DNA of 64,000 bases from an uncultured Candidatus Saccharimonadales bacterium (GCA_964467655.1 CAYXSN010000003.1:34714-98713), one strand, 5' to 3'; numbered from the stretch's first letter, positions 37,812 through 49,200 are shown. Numbers and translations: made by a program. Notes: a model not told the origin generated them from the letters alone.

Positions 37812-39416
37812 GTGTCAAACAATCCCGAGCAAACTCACCAGAGCGCTGAGCGGCAGATACCGCAGCCCCAGGTCGAATACCAGGCCTTGGCCGAGCAGCT
37901 CGAACAAGCCGTCGAGCAAAATATCGTCCTCACCAACGCCGAAGATGAACTTGATGAAACAGATGTTCAAGCAGCCATCGATGCTATTCCGGGACTGCAA
38001 CTGCTCAAACAGTTAGGCGCCAGACACACCAAGGAGGCTGGTCGGGTCCGTGAAGGAGGCCTCTATCGGCCAAATCCCAATATATTAAACACCGAAAAAC
38101 CATTTATCGAGATTATGTCTGCCCAGGCTAATTTGGAGCAAGGACGCAGCACATACCTAAAGTCTGGCGCCGATAGTTATCTGCGAACACTGCAGTACAG
38201 TAGCCAGCCCCTGACCGCTGAAGATATTTGGCTGACCCAAATATCACTTTCTAGCTACAATCCGGCGGCACTCAATGCCTACGGACTACCCGAAAGCACC
38301 AGCCGCCCGCAATTTGAGCATTTCAAAAATCAAGTTAAAGCCTGTTTGGCAGATTACCTGGAATTCTTAAAGCCTCAAGGGTCTTCGGACTTCCTCGACA
38401 AACAAACTATTCCTTTCGAAGATCTCAATGCCGTCCATCAACCCGCAGACGTATCGCCCGAACTCCATGATCTCCTCACTGAAAGAGCCAGGATTCAGCA
38501 AGCGATGTACGAATTATTGACGGAGCACCACCAAGCCACCGCCGCTCAAAGCACCACAGACCGGTCATTGGCCGACCAAACTAAACGTACCCGAACCGCC
38601 CGCCAGCAGCTCGAAGGCACACAGCCAGAGCGAAGCCAGGAAACCCTCTCCGACCCAGAGCAACAGCTCATAGATCAAGCCCTGGCTGCAGCTCGCGGCC
38701 AGACGTATGTAAACACTGATATGGTCGGCAGCGTCGAGTTAACTTCGAGTTCAGGCTCATCAGACAAACGCCTGACAGATGTTGGCTATCAATATTTCAG
38801 CGATATTCCACACGCAGCCGCATACACGGCTGTAATCAGAAACGAAATTCTGGATACCCATAGGCAAACTACGCGAGAACTACCCCAGACACTCGCTGAA
38901 TCTGTTATCTTAACCCCGGCAAACGAGGACATTACCGAAACTACTGAGCACGAAGTTAAGGTACCTGGACTGAGAGGGTTCTTCGGACAAACCAGAACTG
39001 TCTCGGAAACCACAGTGACAGGACAAAGGCCAAGAGCAATCACAAACCTCGCTACCGGCGAAACGGAGCCAGGTATATACCTAGACTATCAGTTCAAGCC
39101 AACAAGAGAGATTGGCGACAGTATCGACTATAAGTGTAGCGACGGACGATCAGGTAACTACCTGCTTTGCCGGGTTCTCATTCCGGAATCCGTTGCCAAC
39201 GAGCTACAGGCGGCTATCATAAACAAGCCAACCATTGTTCGCGAATTAGTACACCAACTACTTGTCCAAAACGGGGGATTACCGGAAGACTTCTGGGAAG
39301 GAACCGACCAAAGGCGAGCTTATCCGGTCAGGCCCGCATACGAAAAGCTACCCACAAGCTGGACAGTGGCCCTACGTACGGCGGACCAAGCCTGGCATGA
39401 GCTGCCAACCAGTTAG
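37812..39416 (+). CDS. hypothetical protein, acidic and Gln/Glu-rich
   Basis: 534-aa ORF following pgi; no recognisable motif. Confidence 0.7.
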   Translation: MSNNPEQTHQSAERQIPQPQVEYQALAEQLEQAVEQNIVLTNAEDELDETDVQAAIDAIPGLQLLKQLGARHTKEAGRVREGGLYRPNPNILNTEKPFIEIMSAQANLEQGRSTYLKSGADSYLRTLQYSSQPLTAEDIWLTQISLSSYNPAALNAYGLPESTSRPQFEHFKNQVKACLADYLEFLKPQGSSDFLDKQTIPFEDLNAVHQPADVSPELHDLLTERARIQQAMYELLTEHHQATAAQSTTDRSLADQTKRTRTARQQLEGTQPERSQETLSDPEQQLIDQALAAARGQTYVNTDMVGSVELTSSSGSSDKRLTDVGYQYFSDIPHAAAYTAVIRNEILDTHRQTTRELPQTLAESVILTPANEDITETTEHEVKVPGLRGFFGQTRTVSETTVTGQRPRAITNLATGETEPGIYLDYQFKPTREIGDSIDYKCSDGRSGNYLLCRVLIPESVANELQAAIINKPTIVRELVHQLLVQNGGLPEDFWEGTDQRRAYPVRPAYEKLPTSWTVALRTADQAWHELPTS

Positions 39417-40153
39417 GTTTTTTGCAAGATCTGTTGCCTCGCCCGAATCTGGCGCAGCGCTGTCAGAGCCCGCCAGCTATCCTGCCAGGTATCAACCTTA
39501 CTCTCCCGCTGAGGAAACCGCTTTTCCACCCAATGAATCGGCACTTCAGCCACTTCCAGATGTTTGGTACGCGCCAAGACGACGAGTTCAGTATCAAGGA
39601 ACCAGCCGGATTGCCGGCAATCGTCCACCAGCACCTCAACCGCCGCCGGACTCAAAGCCTTAACGGCGCACTGGGAATCGCTCACCCGCACCCCAAACAT
39701 GAGAAAATTCATCGCCCTGAGCCCCAGCGTCATCAAGCGCCGGTGCCAGGGCCGATACCCAGTCCGATGACTCATTACCAAATCGGCGCCATAATGCAGC
39801 GGCGCCAATACCAGAGCCAGATCTTTCATATCACAGGGCAGATCTACATCAATGTACAGGTACGTCTTGGCCTCAAGAGTAGCCATCACTTCGCGCAAAG
39901 CCAATCCACGGCCTTTCGCTCGACAAACAACCAATCTGACCAGCTCCCCGTACTTCGCTTCCAACTGCCTGCCAGTTGCCTCTGTGGCATCGGTCGAGCC
40001 ATTGCTCGCTATCACAATCTGCCACCGGCTGGTCCCCGGGAGAGCCGTTAGGCCTTGCACTAACATCGCAATCGCCTCGGTCAAGACTATGGCTTCGTTA
40101 TACACCGGCACCACGCACACGAGATCAAAGATAGCTGGTTCTTTGTGAGTCAC
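39413..40153 (-). CDS. GT2 polyprenol-phosphate glycosyltransferase-like protein
   Basis: VVPVYNE, NGSTD, GRGLA, YIDVD, DSQCAVK, WFLDTEL, EVPIHW; GTG start overlaps the upstream stop. Confidence 0.88.
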   Translation of the reverse strand: MTHKEPAIFDLVCVVPVYNEAIVLTEAIAMLVQGLTALPGTSRWQIVIASNGSTDATEATGRQLEAKYGELVRLVVCRAKGRGLALREVMATLEAKTYLYIDVDLPCDMKDLALVLAPLHYGADLVMSHRTGYRPWHRRLMTLGLRAMNFLMFGVRVSDSQCAVKALSPAAVEVLVDDCRQSGWFLDTELVVLARTKHLEVAEVPIHWVEKRFPQRESKVDTWQDSWRALTALRQIRARQQILQKT

Positions 40154-42063
40154 CGAGACGCCGCCTGCCTCAGATCGTACACCCACCAACCACCCTCATT
40201 CGCAAACAACGTGTAGTGATCAGTGAAAAATTGTTGGTTGACTTGGTTCGACCAGATTTCGGCATCACTAAACGCCGCAAAACCTAAACCATAGTGAGCG
40301 ATCAGCTCTTGCGCACCACTCTCTCCACGCAGCATAATGCCTCGATCGGTATAAGTCTGAATCCAATTACCATCATACAAGTTATACCAGCCAGCAAATG
40401 TCATGAGCACTTTACGGTCCGCTAGCATCGTAATTGGATGGTTATGTCGATCACCGACCAAGACATAGGCGTCAGTCGGCAGGCTTGCCTGCATATGCTG
40501 TCCGAAGCGTACTTCGTCGGCGCTCAAGAGTTCATACGTTTGCCGGGGTGCCGCCAGCACCAGCAGGCAGAATCCCATAGCGGTTAAGCTCAACATGAGG
40601 CCCCCAACCGCCAAGCGCCCCCACCAGGTTCTTAGCCAGGGCGCCATAATGCCAGCCGCCACAATCATAACCAGCCAAAAAGCGTACTCAAAGAACTTCA
40701 TATTGTCCCACATACTCGGCTGGAAGACGTACACGTTGCAAACAGCGAATATGCCGGTCGCCGCCAGGTACACTACCCAAAGCTCAGCTTTCGCCCGAAT
40801 CCGTCGCAACCAAAACCATCCACCCACAAGTACCACAAACAACCAGCCAGTATTAACTAGCCAAAAAGCCCACCAGTTAGCTGTGGGATCAGGATAAAAA
40901 TCAGCCATCTTCCAGCCCCAAATCCAGTGGCTGAAACCACTATGGTAGGTCGTGCTAAACTGCCAGATAATTTGCGGCAACGCCACAGCCAAGCCCGTGC
41001 CAATCATCAACCACCAACCAGCAGGCACCCGGTAGCGCGACCACCACATGATGCCCGTCGCCAATGCCAGCCCACCGACACTCACCATGAAGCTGTGGGT
41101 GTGTACCAGCGGCATCAATCCCAACACAACTCCCGCCACCACGGCTCCGACCTGTCGGGTCCGCACCGCCCGCTGTTTGCGCTGTCGCCACAGCTCCAAT
41201 GCCACAGTCATAACCACAATGAACAAAGGCATACCAAACAAATAAGCCCGCTGGGGTAGGGGATGAGAATACATAAAATTCAGGTAGTTGTCACCGATGT
41301 GTCTGATCTCAGTCAGAAACGCCTCATAGCCTTGAGTAACCAGTACTTTGCCAACCCGCCAGCCGCTAGTCGTCGAGCCGGAGAATACGATCATCAGCCA
41401 GCTCAAAAAAGCTGCCCGGGCCGAGCCCAGCAGCCGGTAGGCAAAACTAAACATCAGCTGAAGCAACGCCAGTAACATGATTGCCGATGGCACCATCAGA
41501 CTGACGGTCCAATTACCGCCCAGCCGGCGACTCACTGCCGACCACAAGTCGCTCATAATCGGATAGGTGAGAGCTACTTGCTTATAAACCGGCGATATCA
41601 GATCAAGCTTGTCACCGAGCGAAAACTGATTCGTCAAACTCACGTGCAGGGGAGCATCGCCCCACACATTGCCATTGGCATACCACACGCCGTCTGCCCC
41701 CGGAAATTGGTAGCTCACAACCGTCAACCACATGAGCCAGCCGGCTACCGGTACCGCTACCAGCCAACCCAGGACCATACCCAGCCGGCTATGAGTGTAG
41801 GGTAAGCTCGTCACATGGCAACGACGGGGCAAGCGCCACCAGCTCAAAGCCATAGCCAAAAGCAAGAGAGAGGGCATCACGGTCATGGTCAGGTTCCAGC
41901 CGACAGTTACCGCCCCAGCAAAAAACACCCAAGCGCACAAAGCAAACCCAATCGCCACACTGGCTGCCAAGGCCTCCAATCGTCGCCACGTCACCGGCAG
42001 CTGGCGCACCACCTGCCAGCCCACAGCTACCGCCAATATTTGCAGTACCACAGCCCACAACAT
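40150..42063 (-). CDS. polytopic membrane protein, probable GT-C glycosyltransferase
   Basis: WGDAPLH, LTYP, PQRA, HTHSF, WDNMKF; coupled to the downstream GT2. Confidence 0.7.
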   Translation of the reverse strand: MLWAVVLQILAVAVGWQVVRQLPVTWRRLEALAASVAIGFALCAWVFFAGAVTVGWNLTMTVMPSLLLLAMALSWWRLPRRCHVTSLPYTHSRLGMVLGWLVAVPVAGWLMWLTVVSYQFPGADGVWYANGNVWGDAPLHVSLTNQFSLGDKLDLISPVYKQVALTYPIMSDLWSAVSRRLGGNWTVSLMVPSAIMLLALLQLMFSFAYRLLGSARAAFLSWLMIVFSGSTTSGWRVGKVLVTQGYEAFLTEIRHIGDNYLNFMYSHPLPQRAYLFGMPLFIVVMTVALELWRQRKQRAVRTRQVGAVVAGVVLGLMPLVHTHSFMVSVGGLALATGIMWWSRYRVPAGWWLMIGTGLAVALPQIIWQFSTTYHSGFSHWIWGWKMADFYPDPTANWWAFWLVNTGWLFVVLVGGWFWLRRIRAKAELWVVYLAATGIFAVCNVYVFQPSMWDNMKFFEYAFWLVMIVAAGIMAPWLRTWWGRLAVGGLMLSLTAMGFCLLVLAAPRQTYELLSADEVRFGQHMQASLPTDAYVLVGDRHNHPITMLADRKVLMTFAGWYNLYDGNWIQTYTDRGIMLRGESGAQELIAHYGLGFAAFSDAEIWSNQVNQQFFTDHYTLFANEGGWWVYDLRQAASR

Positions 42064-42209
42064 CTTGAATCAATGGTAGCACACGCTGCTGTAGAACAGT
42101 TTATGAAAGCCGAGCAATCACTTGTTTATAAAAAATTTGGGCATATCTTAAGACGCTATATCGGCCAGATGAAGCGCTTCAAATAGTACCTGTTCATCTC
42201 AGCCACACG

Positions 42210-42241
42210 ACACGCTTCTCACACAACACGCTTCTCACACA
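42210..42241. repeat. 16-bp tandem direct repeat
   Basis: ACACGCTTCTCACACA x2. Confidence 0.8.
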
Positions 42242-42439
42242 AATAGGGCAGTTTCCGCCTAATTTTTGTTCCTAATGTGGTGCGGCTTATCTTGTATTTT
42301 CGCACTTTTGTAAATTTAGGCGGTTTTTGCCCCATTTTGCCAGCGTAAGCAACCATACCATTCAGACAAGCTTAGCCTAATCGAGCTATGCCAAATGATA
42401 CAATATCTCCAATAGTAGGTAATCAGAGCCCAATCGCAA

Positions 42440-43224
42440 ATGCCAGAACATTTGAAAGAACCACCATCGGAAGTTGCCCATTCAGGGCAAACCGAGAACC
42501 CCGACCGGGCTATGACAGTTAAGCTCATGGAGCGTATGCGAGCATCCGAGGCATCGACCACCCCACGAGAGCGTACGTAACCAGTTGCTCCAAGAAGCAT
42601 TTGATCAAGCTAAAAAGCTCAATGAACCAGATATGGCGGGGCTAACTCTTGGTCTATCGATCAACGCTATTCACTACTTTGCTGATGGCAACGGGCGCAC
42701 TGCTCGCATGGTCTACGCACTCCTCCAAAACGGCTACGACGGGTCTGCCGAAGCCAATGTACCAACATGTCGCGCAAGAGAAAGGGTACGGGCAAGCTTT
42801 TGCAAATCGGCCGCCAACCTATATCTTTGGAGCCTATGATGACGATACGTTGGGAGGCGAAGAATCGCGAGAGCACCTCCTGGTAGCCGAGAATATCGAT
42901 GATACGGGCCGAGAAATGCTACACGAGGCTCTGCAGAGTGGCGGCATGGAAATAATCTCGCTCATGGCTGCCTTCCCTCCTGAAAGAGTCGGGCAATATA
43001 TCAAAACTTCGTCTGACGGCAGGCGTACCTATCTCGAGGGGGGAAGGCTCCTGCCAACCCTCACACCGGCCGAAATCAAGCAGTGGTGGACTGCCTCACA
43101 CCAGCAGACAGTAAATTACGTCCACAAGATCATTCATTTTGCCGACCGACCTGATGCTGCCAACATTGCCGGGTGGTATCGAAAACGCAATCAGCAGATT
43201 CCAAAACCTGCGAGCGAACAATAA
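42440..43224 (+). pseudogene. fragmented Fic-domain gene
   Basis: HYFADGNGRTAR Fic motif in the 42585 frame; N-terminal piece from 42440 ends at a stop; C-terminal piece in another frame to 43224. Confidence 0.75.
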
Positions 43225-43240
43225 CAAACAAATAATTCCT

Positions 43241-43333
43241 TGGCGGAGAGGGAGAGATTCGAACTCTCGCGGGGGATTACTCCCCCCTACAGGTTTAGCA
43301 AACCCGCCCCTTCAGCCTCTTGGGTACCTCTCC
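43241..43333 (-). tRNA. tRNA-Ser(GCT)
   Basis: GGAGAGG acceptor stem, CGGGT-TT-GCT-AA-ACCTG, long variable arm, GCCA end. Confidence 0.95.
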
Positions 43334-43370
43334 GCGAAACTTGGCTGAACCTGCCTAATATACGATATTT

Positions 43371-44039
43371 CTAGTGCCTTGCCAAGGCCAAGCCCCACAC
43401 CGTGCTCGCCCCAGCCGTCTTTAACACCCGAGCGCATTCATTCAAAGTGGCGCCCGTAGTCACCACGTCGTCTACCACCAGCACCCGCTCGCCGGAAAGA
43501 CCATGCAAACCATAAAACACACCGCCCACTCGCCTTAATCTTTCGGCACGACCCAGACCCAATTGGTGGTCGCTCGACTGCCGCGCCAAGAGCGGCAGAT
43601 AGGGAATACCCGACCGCCGAGCTACCGCTCGGGCCAATAGTTCGCTCTGGTTATAACCTCGCTCACGATAGCGCCCCGGACTGACTGGCACACTAGTAAC
43701 CGCGTCAAAACGCTCCTGCTCCCACAAAGGTTCAAAAAAGCGTGCCAAATCGGGCGCTGCCCACCGCAGAGCCTGAAACTTCAGATCAAGCACCGCCTGC
43801 TTCACAGGTCCGTCGTAGTGCAAAGCCACGCTCACACCAGCCAATTGGTCGACACCACTCAATGCCCGGCTGCAGCACCTCTCACACGTCCGGCCTTGCC
43901 ACGACGCCACGCCGCAGCCGGCACATTGCTGAACCCGCAACCGCCAAGTCTCACCACACGTACGACACAAAGCTGAACCTTCACGACCACATGAGGTACA
44001 TGCCAAGGGCACCAATAGCTGCATCAACCGGCCAATCAT
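43371..44039 (-). CDS. comF: ComF family protein (Zn ribbon plus PRTase); start uncertain
   Basis: CxxC motifs, RGYNQSELLA, VLVVDDVVTTGATL. Confidence 0.9.
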   Translation of the reverse strand: MIGRLMQLLVPLACTSCGREGSALCRTCGETWRLRVQQCAGCGVASWQGRTCERCCSRALSGVDQLAGVSVALHYDGPVKQAVLDLKFQALRWAAPDLARFFEPLWEQERFDAVTSVPVSPGRYRERGYNQSELLARAVARRSGIPYLPLLARQSSDHQLGLGRAERLRRVGGVFYGLHGLSGERVLVVDDVVTTGATLNECARVLKTAGASTVWGLALARH

Positions 44040-44145
44040 ACCTGAAAACCTTGCTTTTCTCCTAAAATTTCTACTATAATAATGCAAAGACGTTCCTTAC
44101 GCCTACTAGTTTGTAGCCTAAATAATTTTTTGGAGAACCCCCGCC

Positions 44146-44580
44146 GTGATGCCAGGCAAGAAATCAGCCCCCGAACCACAAGACAATGTCCTGCAGGACG
44201 ACTTTCTCGACACCCCCATGGAGGGTGACGACGACTGGATGGCTGAAGCCGAGGGTCAACTAGCGGTAGATGTCTACCAGACCAAAGAAAACGTTGTCAT
44301 CAAGGCACCCATCGCCGGCGTCACGCCCGACAAAATCGACATCGAAGTCGCCGAAGATGTCGTCACCATCCGTGGTGAGCGGGTTGAAAACCGCGAAGTC
44401 GACCGCGAGCACTACTACGTCCAAGAGTGCTACTGGGGTGCTTTTAGTCGCTCAGTCATCCTGCCTACCTCCACGATCGCCGAAAAAGCAGCCGCAAGCC
44501 TCAAAGACGGCGTCCTTACCGTCACCATCCCTAAGGTTGCTCAAGACAAGGTCAAAAAGATCAAGGTTAAGCCAGTTTAA
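44146..44580 (+). CDS. Hsp20/alpha-crystallin small heat-shock protein
   Basis: VDVYQT, IRGER, ECYWGAFSRSVILP, ASLKDGVLTVTIPK. Confidence 0.93.
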   Translation: MMPGKKSAPEPQDNVLQDDFLDTPMEGDDDWMAEAEGQLAVDVYQTKENVVIKAPIAGVTPDKIDIEVAEDVVTIRGERVENREVDREHYYVQECYWGAFSRSVILPTSTIAEKAAASLKDGVLTVTIPKVAQDKVKKIKVKPV

Positions 44581-44601
44581 GCCGGCGGCCGTTACCAGGC
44601 C

Positions 44602-44635
44602 ACTAAAAAACCCCGGTTTCCCGGGGTTTTTTAGT
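44602..44635. terminator. bidirectional intrinsic terminator
   Basis: Perfect 15-bp stem ACTAAAAAACCCCGG/CCGGGGTTTTTTAGT between convergent hsp20 and pilin genes. Confidence 0.85.
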
Positions 44636-44652
44636 ACGGACCGGCAAACTTG

Positions 44653-45096
44653 TCAGCCGGTACTCTTAGCCAAGGCGCTAATCACGAACTGGACCAGGGC
44701 AAACGAGATAACAGCTACCACGATACCAATGACGGCGTAAAGGATAGTGTTTTTAGCCTGCTCAACATTGCTCTTCTCACCCTGAGAGATAACGTAGCGC
44801 AAACCGCCGATGATCAGGAAGATGACTGATACGGCACCTACCAGGAACACTAAAGTGTTGGCCACCGTCTGGAAGACGCCGCCTTCGGCGAACAGGTTGT
44901 TGCTCGTACCGTTAGCCTTGGCACAACTGGCACCCGAGTTCAATGGGTCTGCCGAATCGAAGCCGTCAGAACAAGCGGCATACGCCGGGGCGCTCACAGC
45001 CACTGCTGCCGCTACCGTGCCAAACCCGAAGCCAAAGACTAGGGCCAGAGCCTGCAGCGACAACGCTGTTTTCTGGGTTAATGACATGATACTCAT
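44653..45096 (-). CDS. VirB2/TrbC-like pilin 4
   Basis: Signal peptide, Cys pair, VGAVSVIFLIIGGLRYVISQG...AKNTILYAVIG. Confidence 0.85.
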   Translation of the reverse strand: MSIMSLTQKTALSLQALALVFGFGFGTVAAAVAVSAPAYAACSDGFDSADPLNSGASCAKANGTSNNLFAEGGVFQTVANTLVFLVGAVSVIFLIIGGLRYVISQGEKSNVEQAKNTILYAVIGIVVAVISFALVQFVISALAKSTG

Positions 45097-45174
45097 CGAC
45101 AGGTTGTCTCCTTACTATCGTTATGATATTCCAAGTTGGTCTTAGCGTAGCATATGCACAAGCGTAAGCGCAAA

Positions 45175-45498
45175 CTAACCGGCAATGGCTTGGGTCACAA
45201 ACTGAATAATGGCGTAGGCCACGATCGACACCACCACACCAACCACTGCATACAGGATCGTATTCTTAGCTTTGCCGACAGCCCCGGTATCACCTTGAGA
45301 TAACACGTACCGCAAGCCGCCGATAATAATCATAATCACCGACACACTACCCACCACAAACACCAAAATGTTGGCAATGTTAGCGATAATGTTTGATACC
45401 GACAGGTTCGTATTGCAAGCCGTGCCACAGGCGTTTTGAGCACTCTGCCCGATGATGTCTGATGCGTTCGCTAGCATAAAGCTTAAATTGTGTTCCAT
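45175..45498 (-). CDS. VirB2/TrbC-like pilin 3
   Basis: VGSVSVIMIIIGGLRYVLSQGD...AKNTILYAVVG; AAGGA RBS. Confidence 0.85.
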   Translation of the reverse strand: MEHNLSFMLANASDIIGQSAQNACGTACNTNLSVSNIIANIANILVFVVGSVSVIMIIIGGLRYVLSQGDTGAVGKAKNTILYAVVGVVVSIVAYAIIQFVTQAIAG

Positions 45499-45522
45499 GA
45501 TAATCCTCGTTTCCTTGATACA

Positions 45523-45837
45523 TTAACCAGAATAAAAATCAAACCCGTCGCCAACGTTATGGGTTATAAACCACACAATCATATAAGCCGATGCCGCCAA
45601 TACAATGCCAACTACGGCGTACAAAATGGTGTTCTTGGCCGCCTTAGCTTTGCTGGGGTCGCCTTCAGAAAGAGTAAACTGCACACCCCCATACAATAGA
45701 GCTATCAACGCCAAGCCTCCGATAAGCCCCATGAGCATAAGAGTAAGATTGCTCAGACCACCGCCGATAGTATTTACATCTGTCGGCAAACCAACTTCAT
45801 CAGAGGAAATAGTGGCAGCCAGTTTCAACAAGTTCAT
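45523..45837 (-). CDS. VirB2/TrbC-like pilin 2
   Basis: GGVQFTLSEGDPSKAKAAKNTILYAVVG. Confidence 0.85.
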   Translation of the reverse strand: MNLLKLAATISSDEVGLPTDVNTIGGGLSNLTLMLMGLIGGLALIALLYGGVQFTLSEGDPSKAKAAKNTILYAVVGIVLAASAYMIVWFITHNVGDGFDFYSG

Positions 45838-46181
45838 CCGGCAATGCCTTTCGTCACAAAATCAACCACTGCATAGGCACCGATCAAGAGCACCAAACCG
45901 ATCACCAGATTGGTCAGAATGTCTTTGGCCCGCTTCACTCGACCGGGATCGCCCATAGAAGTTACATAATATATTGCCGCCACGATGATCATAATGACTG
46001 CCAGCGCCCCTGAAAGGGCAATCAGAATCCTCAAGAGATTGCCCACCAAAACAAAAGCATCCGACACCGCCTTCAGATGGACATTACCTGAGGCATCACA
46101 GTTCAAACCGTCCCATAAACTGGGCAGGCCACCGGTTGTAGTGCCGCACGCTCCGACGGCTTCATCTGCTGGCAGTGCCAT
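45834..46181 (-). CDS. VirB2/TrbC-like pilin 1
   Basis: YYVTSMGDPGRVKRAKDILTNLVIG; start 46181 lies 7 nt after TATAAT. Confidence 0.8.
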   Translation of the reverse strand: MALPADEAVGACGTTTGGLPSLWDGLNCDASGNVHLKAVSDAFVLVGNLLRILIALSGALAVIMIIVAAIYYVTSMGDPGRVKRAKDILTNLVIGLVLLIGAYAVVDFVTKGIAG

Positions 46182-46241
46182 AGGCCTCATTATAGGAAGG
46201 GGCGATAGCAAAAGTCAAAAAGCTCATGCTACAATAAGCTC

Positions 46242-49200
46242 ATGAAGTCGAGGTGGACTCTCATTGCGCTTATGGCGTGGGCCATTGTGGCACCAGCGCT
46301 CGTTGTTGTTATGCGTCCAGAAACCGCTCAAGCGGGAACACCAGCCTCCATCTTGCCGACCACATGTAACTGGACCAATACCACAACAATTACATGTAGT
46401 GGGTATCCTCAAGATGCCAGTCTAACTGTCACCTTTACACCCGACACGAGAAATCCATCAAACCCTCAACGCAGCTACAATGGCGGTACTGTCGGTACGC
46501 CAGGCGATGGAGGCACATACCAGTCTATTGAAAACGTCAGCGCCAACGGTACCAGTGGCCAATACACCGTCGATGGAACATCGCTCGGAGCCATCACGAT
46601 TGGTAATCAGGCAGCCTCAGGCCGGCCGGTCAACGCCGTCACGCCTGCCGATGCCAATGATGGTGCCGCCGATCCCGACACGGCCGTCAAATGTGACGCC
46701 GGCAAAGGCTTCACGTGGCTCATTTGCGGCACCATCGAGTGGGCCCTCAATGTGATCGATTGGATCAGAAACACCGTGCTCATCCCCATGCTCCAGCAAA
46801 AACCGTTCGACGAAGCTTCACCAGATATCGAAGCCCTCAAAAGCGTCTGGGCGGGCATGCGCAACATCGCCAGCATCGTTCTCATCCTGCTCTTCTTGCT
46901 TATTATCTTTGGGACGGCCATTGGCTACGACAACTACACCATCAAGAAAACCCTGCCCCGCCTAGTAGCCGGCGCCATCCTCATGCCATTGTCCTGGTAC
47001 ATCTGCGTCTTGCTGGTTGACCTCGGCAACATCCTAGGTGTCGGGCTCAAGGATTTAACGGCCCCCTTCATCCCTACACCGATCATTGATTTTAATTCAC
47101 CGATTTCCGAAGCTGTCTACAGCGTCGGTGGTGGTATTTTGCTCGGTGTCACTGGCTTTACCGCCTACACTGGCATGCTCTGGCCGGTATTGCTAGGCAT
47201 GGTCGTTGGCTTGGCCGGCGCCTTTCTCACCCTGGTACTGCGCAACATCTTGATTCTCGTCTTAACGGCCATTAGCCCTTTGGCAATGCTCGCCTACATA
47301 TTGCCCAATACCAAGAAATTCTATGACATGTGGCTGAGCAATTTCCTGCGCTTGATCCTCATGTTCCCTTTTATTATCTTGTTATTCCAAGCTGGCCGCC
47401 TATTTGCCGCCATCGCCGGAGCTGGCACCAATCCTATAAACACAATCTTTGCTCTTGTCGGACTGATGCTACCACTATTCTTAGTACCTTGGAGCTTTAA
47501 GACAGCTGGTCAAGCGTTGTCATTCGGTAGAGGCTACATCGATAAAGCTACTGGCATGGGCAAGCGGTACGGTTCAGACAAAATTGGCAACGCGATTAAG
47601 CGTCAGAGAGACAAAACCCGTGAAGCCAACAAAGCTCTTCGCCAGCATAACGCTATCCAGCGAGCAAAAGACATCGACAAAGAGGCCCCCACCAACCTCG
47701 GAGGTAAACTATCCAATAACGTCCGTCAACGAGTCGCCATGAAAAAAGCCGGGCATGGAGGCTTCCTTGGTGGCAAGGGTAATGTACTGCAGCAGCAAAA
47801 GTTTGAATCAGCGTACAGTGAAGCCGCCGCCACACAAGGCAAGATCGAGGCCGCCAAACTGGCTGGCGCTACCGGCACTAGCGAAACACACAAACAGCGC
47901 ATCGAAGCCGAAACCGCCATGGCACTCAAAGGCATTACCGACGGCCGGGCCAATCGTGCAGGATTCATGCAAGCTGTCGGCGAAGCCAATGGAGCCGAAC
48001 TTCCAGACAAAATGATCAGCTTCGCCCAGGCTAGTTACGCCGCCGGCACCGAATCCAGCCGTAAGAGCAATGCCAAGCTCCTCGGCACAGGAACCGGCGT
48101 TCAAGCCGCTGCCGCTGCGGGCGGTTTAGCTTCAACGGGGGCAATCGTCGCAGACGCCAGAGAAACCCAGATTGATAGCCTCAGTGACGAAAAAGGCCAG
48201 GTGGAAGGCCGCCTGATTGGTCAAAGGCACCTTGAGGACGTTGAACTCCAACGAACTGGCGTTAATCCGGCCACGGCAACGACGGCCCAAAGAGAAGCAG
48301 TCCAAAATAGGTTGCAACGCTATCGCCAAACCGATGCCCGCGTCAAAGCACGAGATACTGTACTTGAAGAAGGCGGGACCAAACGTCAGAGCCAAGCCGA
48401 TTTTACAACTCATGGATACCAAGATGTTGAGGAAGTTGAGGGTTCCGCTGCCCTCGAGCAACGTAGTAAGCTATCTACCACTCGCCAAGTCCGCCGCCAA
48501 CGCGTGGCCATCCAGGGTACAGCCGAGGGTGGCATGAGCGACGCAGATATTGAAATGGCGGCCAGTCGTGAAGCTCGCGAGAGCATTGGCGCCCAGGTCA
48601 TGAAGCAAAGGGTAGGCAACGAGACTGAGAGAGCCGACTTGGCTTCAGGTGACGCTACCCGTCGACCAACCCTCACCAACTCACTGATTGCCGCCCGAGG
48701 CCGGGCCGAAGAAAGCGCTTCCGCTGAGAGCGCCCAACGCACGGCCTACGTCAGATCTGCTCTTGGATACGAAAGCGAAAAACCATCTCGGCCATCGCTC
48801 GAAGAACGTATCCAAGATGCCTCTTTCAAAGCCACAACAGACCAGCGCACCAAAGACCTATCAGTCGGTGAGCGTCTCAGCGAAATCAGCAAGGCCGAAG
48901 ACCGGGTCCTTTTGAGCCAAAAAATCGATCCGGCTACCGCCTCAGCTGGTCAACGAGCCGATGCCAGGGCGAGCATTAGTGGCAAAATTGCCATCCAGGG
49001 CTCAGGGGAAGCCGGTTACAAAATGCGCATGGACATCGCCAAAGCCCGCGGCGAAGTCGAGGGCTTCGAAAAAGGCGTTAAGCAGCTCCAAATCGAAGAA
49101 ACTGCCAAGAACCTGCGCGAGAAAGCCATCGACGCCCATCTGGCTGCCAACACCGGCGCCACCAGAGCCGAAGCCGAAGAGGCTGTCGACAGCAATCCGG

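Noticed and set aside
42210-42241. Possible CRISPR array (also the repeats at 22248..22299 and 63389..63422)
   Set aside because: Only 2-3 short units, no unique spacers and no cas genes
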